A DNA stretch of 64,000 nucleotides from Carcharhinus longimanus (taxonomy: Eukaryota), in the NCBI GenBank assembly GCA_030264375.1, contig JASCQW010000099.1, forward strand, positions 56,276,524 to 56,340,523, in the 5' to 3' direction. Under the pieces are notes generated by a model that was not told where the DNA came from, made no database searches, and worked only from the letters and a program-made list of their open reading frames with translations. Shown in pieces: positions 38,400 to 49,979 of the stretch; within the stretch, counting starts at the first letter, position 1; every line of letters begins with the position of its first letter. Position numbers and translations under genes: made by a program.

Positions 38400-41300
38400 G
38401 GCCGGAATTTTCTGGCCGTTCACGTTGGTGGGATTCTGTGAACCCCCAGCGAATGAAGACTTGTCTGAGTGCCAAATTCTCCATGCTTGCAGGTAGCCAT
38501 AGATTATAGAATCATAATTGGCACTAGATTACAGCACAATACTGTTATTATGGCCAAATATCTCCCAAAGAGCTGTTTGAGCAAATCATCAGCACCCTGA
38601 AACAGATGTTTCGCTATTTGGATAGGCATGGATGTCTCCTGTACTATAGCCCTGAGAGAATCTCCAGATTCACTACATTTTGCTGCATGCTCTCTAGCTT
38701 TGCTCTACAGAGATGGCAGCCCTTCTCGCCACCTATGCAGAAAGAAATGGAGGTGCAGCAGCCGTAAGAACAGCTGGATGATGAAGATTCAAAGCAAGTA
38801 CTGCCATCTGCTAGAGCTTTTTGGCAATAAATCAGCGAGCTATTCATTCTCCAGGTCCAATACCAGCAGTCCCTCTTACAATCGGACAGTTTACATCCTT
38901 CAGAATAATGTCCTCAACTTGAACACCATTTCACCAGGGCTGGACAAACTCCAATCCAAACAAATTCCACACTCTGGTTCCAAATTCGTCATAATTGAAA
39001 AGTTAACTAACAAATTAAAATTGCAAACCTTAATACGTGTCTTAAGTGTTTGCACACTGGTGCTCCTGCTGAGTGCTACCACAGTGAGACTGATATACTG
39101 AAGACATTTGAGATGCTGCGGTGGGTGACTTCTAGGATTTGTGTCCTCAGAACGCCAAGCTGTCATGCAGTCTCTTGGCCGACAGAGCAGTCTAGCTCTA
39201 CTGGCTGTCTGGCATCTGCATAACTTTGGTACAAGTACTTGCAGGCAGCAGACATAATGTTATCCTGTGGGAGGACTGCAGGGGCTTTGAACTCAACGGG
39301 GGTGATCTTATCAAAAACATTCTGAGTCCAGAATGGGTGGGAAAACAGGAGAGTTTCAATTCTGTCTTTTTTGACGAGGCCTCCAGTTGACTTTTATGCA
39401 CTCTGTATAAAATAATTCCTTAAATCTGATTTCTGCCCAAAGGAGGAATGGGCAGGGCTTAGCTCACCTCAAAACCAGCTGATAGCAGAAGAGTGCACCA
39501 TTGCACATGTGCAGGTATCTGCTTCGAGAGCAGCAGAGATCTGTCACTGCCTCTGCAGCTTTCAGGCTGGCCTCCTTGGTCTAAATCTAGTACATCCCTG
39601 TCCCAGCTGATTGCACGTCCCTTCTCTGACCAGAACAATTGCCACCTCCCAACTGGAATAGTTACCCACCGCGCCATCCCATCAGACCAATTGCCATCCA
39701 TCCATCCATCCATCCCCCCCCCAATTGCTGTGCAGAGTGGCAGTCGTTTTGATGCCAGGTGGGCGGTGCCAAGGTTTCAGGGTGCCAGGCTAACATTGCC
39801 CAAGGGACACCCACCCTTGCCCCCAACCTCCGGGGGTGGCTTATTTCGTGGCCCTCTTGTGGTCTTCCCGGCTCATCCCGCCCATCGTCCCGCATGGCGC
39901 AATGGTAAGATCATCCCCAATACATGTGTCCTGTGCAGTGAAGCTAAGATGTGGGTTCCCCTGGAAAGTTGATTCCTGGGCCAAAGCCCCCTGTCCTTGA
40001 CCCTGCAAACGTACTCAGTGCATCTCTCAGTGAAAAACCCTCTAACTCACTTTCTAAAATATCTGGAGTGCCAGTTTCTGAGTTGGTGTCTGCAGTGGTG
40101 AAGGACAGTGGCATCTCTTCAGCCAGCGTCTCCTCTTTCCATGATGCCATTGCTTGTGATGGATCTGGAGAGGGAATTGAGGGCAAGAATGGGCAGTTAG
40201 TTACAAGAGTTAGCCGAGAGAGGTGAGTAAAGCAGCATCACTCAACAGCAAGATCAATGGAAAGAGAAAAAGAGGGTAGGATGGTTAAAATGACTGTGGA
40301 GTATATCATTCAGCTTGGCAGTTGAGATACTCCTGATTCATCTTCTGCTCTTGAGTTCTAGTGCAGCCTCTTCTCATGAGTACAGGATTTGTAGGGTAGG
40401 TGGGTCTCTCGAGCATTGTTTGTCCTACAAGGAGAAAGGGAGTGTTTTACTTTGTGGCCTGTTAAAAGGTTCTGAAGATTTGCATCTTGATAAAATAGTG
40501 CAGCAGGTGCAGGGAAGATGCAAGAGGAATGGGGACGTCGGGAGAATAATTTTGAGAACAATTGTATGTCATAGAATAATAGAATCTGTCAGTGCAAAAA
40601 GAGGCCATCCACCCATCAAGTCTGTATTGACCACATTGAGTATGCATTGACCACATTCTCCTTTTGTAGTCACAGCTCCACTGTGGAAAAACTGCACGAA
40701 ACATTTTTATTTCGAACCTATCCCCATAACCCCATGCATTTACACTGCTAGTTCCCCCTGACACTAAAAGGTCATTTGGCATGGCCAATCCACCTAACCC
40801 GCACATCTTTGGACTGAGAGGAAACTGGAGCACCCGGAGGAAACCCACACAGACACAGGGAGAAGATGCAAACTCCGCACCGACAGTGACCCAAGCCAGG
40901 AATCGAACCTGTGTCCCTGGCACTGTGAGGTAGCAGTGCTAACCATTGCACCACTGTGCCACCCTAAGTAGCTGTAGAAGGGGGTTCAACAAAGTATACT
41001 TCTGTGATTGGAAATTTTGACTCATGGGGCTACAGATGGAGCATTATTAAGCAGAGTAACTAGGATGTAAGGAGTCTTAGCATAGCAACTATGGTGAGAT
41101 CATTGTATTTCTTTAGGCTTTGCAGCCAGCCTCTAAGCTCACTCCTTCTTAAAGTGAGATTTAAGCTGCTGTGTCACTTTTGACCACTGCTGCTAAGTTG
41201 ATTATCTTTGCACAATTCTGTTATAATGGAAAATAACAATTCCAGGAGGAGCAACGTCTGAGAGTTGGGCATCTTTGTAGAAATTCTAATTGCTATCATC

Positions 41301-41520
41301 ACTTTTCAGCAATGATTCAAAGCAGCTGAAGAGCACCTCACCTTTAAGAGCTGCCAATGACCTTAAAATGGCACCAACAGCACCCAGTTTCCCTCTATGC
41401 CGTTCAGTGAGCTGCCAATAAGTTCCCTGATCACAATCAAATGGAGCACAAAGAACTATTTGGCCTGTCTTACCCTTACCTAACTGGGGAATCAGTTGGC
41501 TCCGACACCCATCTTAAACC
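38400..41520. mobile_element. Probable decayed Harbinger-family sequence with nested MITE (about 39420-39918) and SINE
   Basis: Terminus ggccggaattttc at 38400; minus-strand ORF 39944..40186 (PLSFTTADTNSETGT) resembles the low-complexity exon of Harbinger Myb partners. Boundaries uncertain. Confidence 0.35.
40569..40964 (-). mobile_element. HE1-type SINE, full length, carrying a foreign 60-bp insert at 40653-40712
   Basis: Head at 40964, V core, insert, then tail cagacttgatgggtggatggcctctttttgcactgacagattctattattctatga ending at 40569. Confidence 0.9.
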
Positions 41521-42058
41521 TGTATTTAGAATGACTTGAATATTTTCATTTTTTTAAATCTTAGTATGAAATTTTTATAACTTACATTTTCTAACAGATG
41601 AGATTGAAATGTTGCAAACTGTAATAGGATAGTGTAAAAATTAATTTAGAGGTCATGTTTTTGGCATACTTATATTCTTAAGGTTACTCATAACATTAAC
41701 TCCATGTCATTTTAACATATGCTTAAGTTTTGAATCTGATTTAGTTGTGAGAATCTGATACTTTCAAAAATATTTTGTTGAATAGATTATAATACAAAGG
41801 AAAATAGTATAGATTGCCCATTAATTGATATACTTTGTGTGTAAAAATGAGTAGATTATTATGGCAGTTAAACAGCCAGCCTCCAGTAGTTATGTGGATT
41901 CCTCCCAATTTAAAAGTTGTTAGTTTTTTGCTTGAGTAATATTTTGCAAAACCTATTTTTTATTGAGTCTCATAATCTAGTTTACAACCATTCAAGAAAG
42001 TACCCAAGAATCTTTATAAATAGATTGTTGATTCAAAAGAAAGGGATCCAGCTTGGGC

Positions 42059-42352
42059 AGCACTGCTGCCTCATAGCGCCAGGGACCTGGGTTCAATTCC
42101 TCGGATCACTATCTGTGTGGAATTTGCATGTTTTTCCCGTGTCTGCGTAGGTTTTCTCTAGGTGCTCTGGTTTCCTCCCACATGCCAAAGATGTGCAGGT
42201 TAGGTTGATTGGCCATGCTAAATTACTCCTTAGTGTCAGGGGAACTAGGAGGGTAAATAGTGGGGATATGGGATAGGGCCTGGGTGGGATTGTTGTTGGT
42301 ACAGGCTCAGTGGGCCAATTGGCCACTTTCTGCACTGTAGGATTCTTTATGA
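42059..42352 (+). mobile_element. HE1-type SINE
   Basis: agcactgctgcctcatagcgccagggacctgggttcaattcc...ttctgcactgtaggattct. Confidence 0.88.
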
Positions 42353-42449
42353 AATCTCGCCTTTTATTCTCCAACATCTTCAATATTTGGAGAATTGGAA
42401 ATTTATAGTACAAAAGGAGGCCATTGGTCATACGTACGTCAGCCTGTTC

Positions 42450-42590
42450 TTTGATATCTCCAGTTGTAATTGCTCCATCATTAGTGACTGGGCCTTCAGC
42501 TGCCTGGGCCCTGAACACTGAAATTCCCTCCCTAAACCTCTCCCATTTATCAATCTCTCTCTCTCCTCTTTTAAGATGTGCCTTAAAATG
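42450..42590 (+). mobile_element. L2-like LINE 3' end
   Basis: gccttcagctgcctgggccctgaacactgaaattccctccctaaacctctc...tttaagatgtgccttaaaa. Confidence 0.6.
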
Positions 42591-42921
42591 ACAAGCAATC
42601 CCAAACTGATTGTATTATCCACCCCTCACTACATATTTTTGTTTTTTCACATCTCATGCCACACACCTCCCCACACACACCTACTCACAGCAGGTGAGTA
42701 CCTTCAACAAAATTGTTCTTAGGAATTTGTTTCCATTTCTAGTGCTTGTAGAAATCTTCTGGAGATTCGAGGCAGATCTTGGATATTAAAAATCGCCTTA
42801 CTGTCTAGACAGCTTTTCACATGACCAGCCTACATCCCTTCATATTCAAGTTCAGTATCGTAAGGTTGTGTGTTGGTTCTGGTGGTAATGCACTCAGGCA
42901 GGGAAAGTTATTGTTATGCCC

Positions 42922-42981
42922 AAATAAAAATGTTTCGAGCAGTTTTTCCACACTGGAGGTTTGACTACAAAGGGAGAATGT
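42922..42981 (+). repeat. 60-bp segment duplicated in inverted orientation at 40653-40712
   Basis: 55/60 identity to the reverse complement of 40653-40712, no gaps. Confidence 0.92.
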
Positions 42982-44971
42982 CAGCCTGCCCCATCACCTG
43001 GATTAACTTCTACCCCGGCCTCAAAATAAAATCACCTAACCCACCTCTCCCCACTGTCATTGCAGAGACATCAATGCCGTGGATAGACTTTGTTCTGATT
43101 TTGCAGTCCTTGCAATATCAGATCTTACTACATGTATTAGAAAAAAACTCAATCAATTTCTTCCAAGAGTTTAAATTTCTACCAGACATTGCATTGATAT
43201 TATTGACTCAGCTGCTGCTGCAATAATTACGGAGTATCCCCCTGGGGTTTTGCTGCCATTATCTATTGATTACAGTCAAAGAGCTGATAACTAATGTGGC
43301 CAGACCAGGATATTTTAAGTCCTATACGCTTGATCAGTTGCAACTAACCAACCAATCAATTCAAAATATGGAAAGAGGATTGATGATCAAGCAAAGCTTA
43401 TGTGAGAAGTTTGGTGAAAGGTAGACTACCCAGATGTAAACAGTGTTTAAAGATGTGTTTAGAAGGACAAATTTTAATCAAGAACGCTTTTATTTCTTAG
43501 TACTTAATATATCGTGAATTAGTTTCTATTCTGATGAGTAAGTAGATGCAGGACTGGACAAATGATGACTTGATTAGTGCTTGGGCAGTTAATATAGACT
43601 TATAGAATTGTAGTGTCATCAAAATAAACAGCAAGATTAGAAAATTTGAGTTGCTTGAATTCAGGAGACAATTAATTCCACTGCGTGCCAAATGTTTCTT
43701 CCAGCTTTATCATAAAACCTTAAAGCTATTCTCACTTTCTGTCGGTGCACAAATACTATTGCAGTTCTTGTAGAGTTAAAGGATGATCAGCAAAGCACAA
43801 ATGTAGTTTTCAGGTTGCAAAATGTATTTATATGCAATGTACATTCAATGAAAAGACATTATTTGTGCTTGAATGGTACAATAATCATTATTGATTTTTG
43901 AGATGTAATTAAATTAATGAAATATGAAGGTTTTGTCAGTGTCATCAGTAGGAAGTTACTTGTTGGAATTATATTGTTGTATATTGATGTACCCATGTGG
44001 ATGGTAGAAAGAAACACTGATAGTCAAAGGGGTATTTTGTATCTGGTGTAAATAGGATATCCATTGGTTATTGTTAGTGAACTATCAAGAGTGGTTCTAT
44101 GTTCAATAGGAGGCAAGAGAAGAGATTTATAAAGAAAGTATGTCTCAGCAAAGGGCTTAGAGCTAACCTGATTCAAGGATTTTAATACTGTTTTGTTACA
44201 GTTGGCAAACAAATGTTTAGGATTGTGGTAATATTTTTGCCACCCTGCAGAGGTTGGGAGTTGAAAAACTGTGGCTTCTTTGGGTGGTAAGTATTTTATG
44301 TGAGCCACCAATTGAGTCACTTATTGCGGTTGCTTCGGTAGATCCAATTAAGTCTAACTGCACATTCTGAACATAGTATACTTGTACTGTCAGTGAGATC
44401 CAGATTAGACCAAAGTACTGCTGCAGCAAGATTGACATGATTCAAGTCACATTTTTAACATTTGATGGAATTTGGTAAAATAAATTACAACGCATATCGC
44501 ATTGATATTTAGTAGCATCATGGATTATGACAACTATTTTTCTCTGTACTTCTATGTGGTTGTAACAAAATCAATGTTCAGAATTAATGCGTGATGTAAA
44601 AGGTCTTGTGGAACATATTGAAAATGGATGCAAGAACATTATTTGCATGAAGAAAATAATTTCTCTTACATTAGAATAAGTCACCTTGTCCTCTGTATAA
44701 ATGTGTTGATGACAGCAGCACTGACATGAATAAAGGAATAGTACATGTGACTGAAGTTCCAGAGATAGTATCAGATGCGCATAAGGGTACAGGGGAAAGT
44801 CTGAAAACTAGAATGGGAGGAGGAAAAGTAGATGCTGATTTCAAGGGACCAATAGATAATGCAAGTACAGAAATTTTTCACATGTACTTTAAAACCATAC
44901 ACATGCCAATACAGTTACTTTCACTGTAATCTTGTGTATTGTATTTATCCACAAATACAGTTCATTGTTTC

Positions 44972-45075
44972 TATGCAGCACCACAGCCTCTCAGTACTGC
45001 ACTGGAATGTCCAAGTCTCTGGAATGGGACTTAAATCCACACTCTTTATGGCACAGAGGCTAGTACTAACTGAGT
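44972..45075 (-). mobile_element. DeuSINE 5' (tRNA-head) fragment
   Basis: ctctcagtactgcactggaatgtccaagtctctggaatgggacttaaatccac...cagaggc. Confidence 0.55.
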
Positions 45076-45499
45076 GAATGCTAACATCATGCTTGTAATT
45101 TTGAAATCTTGGCCAAAAGTGGTTGATTTTTTTATATTTCTTGTAGCTGTGCTACACATATTAGGATTAAGATTTCCTGGGTTCTGTACCAGTCATTTTA
45201 GGCTTCCCCATGGGATTTTACTGGTCTTCTATTGGTCAAAGTTATGTGGAGACTGATAAAAGCCCAACACATTTTAGGTGCTTTGCGCAAAGGGGTACAA
45301 TGCGCCTACATTTTTTCTGCATTTGTGGCACCAGTGAAAATGTACAGTCCCAGATGAATAAGCTTAAATGCTTAAGTTACCTTTTTATTGGTTTTGCCTG
45401 CTGAGTTTTTGTTTTGCATTCCCTAGCTCAGCATGAATTTGACTAATCAGTTTCTGGAAACAGATTATTTCTTGCTGTTTCTGGCATTGCTAATTAGCT

Positions 45500-46255
45500 T
45501 CTCAAAGGATGAAAGCAAGGATACAACAGGCTACTTTCTGAGTGGTGAAACAGTGGAGGTCCAAAGATACTTGGGGATCAAGGTACATACATTAAAATAT
45601 CATGAACAGGTACAGAAAATAATCAAAATGTCTAATGGAATTCTGACCTTTATATCCAGAGGACGAGGATCAAGGGGGTAAAAGTCATGAGCCAGCCAGA
45701 TAAAGCTTTGATTAGACCATGCCTGGAGCATGGTGAACAGGTCTGGACACCCCACCTTCAGAAAGCTATATTAGCCTCAGAGAGGGTATGGTATAGATTT
45801 ACCAGAATGATTCCTGGGCCTAATGGTTAAATTATGAGGAGAGATTACACAAATCAGGGTTACATTCCCTGGCATATAGACGGTTAAGAGATGGTCTGAC
45901 TGAATTTTTCAAAATACCAAGGGGGAAAGATAGAGCAGATAGAAATTATTTTTGTTAACTGGGGAGTGTAGAACTGGAAGGTACAGCCTAAAGATTAGAG
46001 CCAGACCTTTAAGGAGTGAAATGAGGAAAAGCTCCATGCACAAAGGTTCAGGACTCCCTTCTGCAGATGGTAACTGACCTAGGTCTTTAGTTAAATTTAA
46101 ATCTGATGTTGATAGATATTTGATAACCAAAAGTATTAAGGAATATGGAGAAAAGATGGGTTAAATGGACTTACATTGCAAATCTGCCATGAGCTCATAA
46201 AATAATGGAGCAGACTTGAGGGTCTAAATGCTTTATTCCTCTTCTTATGTTTCAA
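45500..46255 (+). mobile_element. Decayed CR1 LINE 3' end with tail
   Basis: Remnants VEVQRYLGIKVH, NGILTFISRG, LIRPCLEH and LNYEERL; tail ggagcagacttgagggtctaaatg...ttcttatgtt. Confidence 0.8.
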
Positions 46256-46619
46256 TGATTGGCATGATCATGAACTGGTGTAATTGGCTTAGTCAATGCT
46301 TATACCACAAAATCCAGTGCTGGATATGTCAACATGGATATCTAAACTCTCTAATATATTCAAATCAGTGCAGAAATGCTTGAAGTAGCATCCCTGGTCA
46401 ATTTTAGTTCTCAGCAATATTGTGATACTTAATGCATAAAGCAGAATTTGGCTTTAAAACATTTTTCTCCGTTTTAATTATGTAGAAAAATGGATCTTGC
46501 TAATCCCCACTGCTCTCAGAAGGGAAAATAAATTCCTTCAAATCTTTTAATTCTTCAACAAATTTCTTTAAATTTATGACCCCCCCCGCGCCGCCCCCCG
46601 CTGTTGACATCACTGCTAA

Positions 46620-47250
46620 CTGACATAGGTCCTTCCTGTCCACTTTATCTAGGCCTCACATAATTTTATACACCCCAATGAAATCTCCTCTCTGTCTCCT
46701 CTGTTACAAAGAAAACAACCCCAGTCTAACAATCTTTTCTTGTAGATAAAATTTTCCAGCCCTGGCAGCATCCTCTTGAATCTCCTTTGTATTGTTTCTA
46801 CATAATGTCCTTCCTGTAATGCAGTGACTAGAATTGTACAAAGTACTCTAGCTGTGGGTTAACTGGTGTTTTTATATAGTTCCAGCTAATAAAGGAAAGT
46901 GTCCATATGCCACCTTACTCATCTTACCAACCTGTCCTGCAGCCTTCAAGGGATGTGGACGCAAACTCCAAGATCACTCTGTTCCTCTATGCATTTCTGA
47001 CCATTTATTGTATCTTTTCTTGCCTTGTTTGCTCTCCCCCATTGCATTAACCCACATTTCTCTGGATTGAAGTCCATTGTCTCTTTTCTCAGCCACATGA
47101 TGAGTCCATTGATATCTTCCCACAGTCTAATGCTTTCTTCCTCACTATCAACAATGTGACCTTTTTTTGTATCAATCTACAAACATCTTAATTCTGCTCC
47201 CTTCATTTAAGTCTAAATCAATGACATATAGCTCAAAAAGCAAGGAACCT
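46620..47250 (-). mobile_element. Decayed CR1 LINE fragment
   Basis: Reverse complement gives CR1 ORF2 C-terminal remnants (PQLEYFVQF, GLFSL, FIGVYKIM). Confidence 0.7.
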
Positions 47251-49269
47251 GAGTTTTGTTCCCTATTTAGGAGGAGTTTTGTCGTCCTGCATTATTTCTT
47301 GCATGGCTGAATAATTTTTCGTAAGCCAAAGATATGATTAAACTAATTATTAATGCAAGAGACCATGGACTAATTTATTATCTTCACTGCATGTGCAGTA
47401 ATCTGGTGGAGCCAATTATTTTTCCATTACAGACCATGTCCAAGTTTCGTTTCAGTAATTTCAATGGGATGAATTTTTTATAAGAATTTACAGATGTAAT
47501 TACTACAATTTGTTTATTTTTAACAAAGGCATTTATCAGCATGTGTACTTTGATTTTCTATCCAATTGTATTTCGAAGTCAGTTTCGCTACTGAACGAGA
47601 AGTGAAGGCTTGCTCCCAGGCCAGTGACCTGCTACTCTGCAAGTCCTGAGGACAGTACTACCATCCGATTATCTCTGCCTCTGCAGGGCAATGCAGTGAC
47701 TTCTGTCTGATATCTCCTTTGCAGTGCCACACATTAATAGCCTTACGGACTGCAAAATTATGGCTCTGCCCTCCCACTGTTTTCTGCTTTATACTGATCA
47801 TCTGAAATGAAACGCTGCCCTTTGCAAATATGAATAATACATTGACCAGGTTTGCATTTTGATTAACCATATTGCTGTGTTTTAATGTTAATCTTATCTA
47901 AAATGAATGGACAAATTATCAAAGAGCTCAGGGTGCTATGGGGTAAATTACATTAGATTCATACAGTTGTACAAAAAGTGATTATTAGATTGGTTTACAT
48001 GAATTGACACATATCAGTATCACATGTGACATTCTGACTTATGGGATTGAATTTTAGCACGGGTTTCAGGATCCTGCCGTCAGGACCAAATTGGAGTCCT
48101 GAGCTTGCACTTGCTAGAAGCCAGACCAAGGGGGCTCTTTTCCCAGAGACCACCTCCAAATTGTTTGCCTCCAAGTTCACCATCCAATGTAAGACGGTAG
48201 GTGGCTGCCGATGTTGTCAGCCTAAACAAAAGGCCAGCAGTTCAGAAGATTTGGCAGCCCCACTGGGAGAGGTTGAGACAGGTCAAGAATCAACAGGGCA
48301 TCTGAACACTGAGGAGCTCTGTGAGATTTGTTAAAAATAAANNNNNNNNNNNNNNNNNNNNNNNNNNNNNNNNNNNNNNNNNNNNNNNNNNNNNNNNNNN
48401 NNNNNNNNNNNNNNNNNNNNNNNNNNNNNNNNNNNNNNNNNNNNNNNNNNNNNNNNNNNNNNNNNNNNNNNNNNNNNNNNNNNNNNNNNNNNNNNNNNNN
48501 NNNNNNNNNNNNNNNNNNNNNNNNNNNNNNNNNNNNNNNNNNNNNNNNNNNNNNNNNNNNNNNNNNNNNNNNNNNNNNNNNNNNNNNNNNNNNNNNTGGA
48601 GTTTCTGGTTCTGATGGTCCACTGGGCTGCCTCTGTGAAACTATCAGCCTCCAAGTGAGGCGGGGTGTGGGGGGGGGAGGTGGGAAGGGGGGCTGGGGAG
48701 GGGGGGCGCTGCTCTGCAATTGGCAAAATGCCGATAAGCACAAAACAATAGCCCCTAATTGGGTGCTTAATTACTTGAATCAGTTACCCACTTCTGTTGA
48801 GTGGGCAACTGATACGTTTGTCACCTGACCCCCGGGACCTCCCTGACAGCAGAATTCTGAAGAAAAAGGTACATGATTAATTATGATGAGCAACATAAAT
48901 ATGATACAGATCTATGTCTGAGATATATGATTAATAAGTGTAACCAACTTAGATGTGTACAGATAAATTATCAGTGATGTACAGAAACAGTTGCATAAGC
49001 CATTAATGAGTAGCTGAAGTTACCTTTCTGCCAAGAGGGACTGTTGTCATATTAAAAAGTACCTGTTGCAAACTGTGCCGCTTATATTCTGTCACTCTGA
49101 TTTCATTCTCAGTGCATTTCCAGTATGCCCATTATTCAGTTACAGCTCTTTACTGTTATGTGTTCATCATTCTTTCTGACCCAAGCATTTAGTTCTCATG
49201 TTCCAGCTGCATGAAGCATTCATTTTCCTTCATTCAGTGTTGCCATTTGGTTTGTTTTTCTAACTGCTT

Positions 49270-49830
49270 CTCCAAACAATTACAGTCTGCATGTCCCTTC
49301 AGTTGTTTGTATTAGGGAGAATACTGACTGCAATCAACCAGCCCATGCTGGCAAAACCCAAAACTTAACATCTGCTGTTAGACATGATTCTGTGATTGGG
49401 CAGCACCTGCTGAAAAATTCTGAGTGTGCTGATTCCTACACTAAAAAAGCAATTTAAGATAGTCAGTCAAGCTGGGAGCCTGGCTCATTTACACTTACGA
49501 GAAGTGACGTATGTTCATATACAAGGACCCCTTCTCTACAAATAAAAGGAGTATGTTCAAGCCTGTGCCTTTTTTCAATTACTTGGAATCTTGGGGAAAT
49601 AGAGAAGGGGCTATATTTCCCTGCTGCTTTCTCCATGGCAACACCTCTGCCAATCAGAGTTGACTTGCTATCCAGTTGACAATTTTTTCTCCTGTAGTAC
49701 AAACTATTATGATCATTTGAAATTTGGCTTTCTTGCATTTGTCCTGATGAACACAATATGAAAAGCTTCAGCGACATGTTTATCTTTTAATCAATATTTA
49801 AGTTCTGATTCACCAAGTGACGGTCTATTA
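49270..49830 (+). mobile_element. Penelope-like element 3' remnant (GIY-YIG C-terminus plus terminal repeat with hammerhead motif)
   Basis: Translates DSVIGQHLLKNSECADSYT..KQFKIVSQAGSLAHLHLREVTYVHIQGPLLYK*KEYV, the SAIxxHL / LEAxxI...P.L motifs of PLE endonucleases; hammerhead-like core at 49741-49775. Confidence 0.72.
49739..49775 (+). ncRNA. Minimal type-I hammerhead ribozyme motif (probably partly decayed)
   Basis: ttgtc-CTGATGA(49744-50)-acacaatat-GAA-AAGCTT(palindromic helix III)-C-agcga. Core intact, UUC cleavage triplet; helix I has a C-A mismatch at the first pair and helix II is weak. Confidence 0.55.
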
Positions 49831-49979
49831 ATAAGCATTTGTGAATAACTTTGTCCCAGGATTGATAATTGCGCTTTTGTTTTCCTAGTGAAAAACAGAA
49901 GCTGGTTTACAAAGAAATCACTGAGAAAGTTCAGTACTTACTTAAAGAGAATGGTAATTTGGTGAACTGGGATCACTTT

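Noticed and set aside
48658-48708. G-quadruplex-capable G runs (also 25695-25860)
   Set aside because: They lie within MITE-like repeats where such G tracts are common; no locus-specific evidence.
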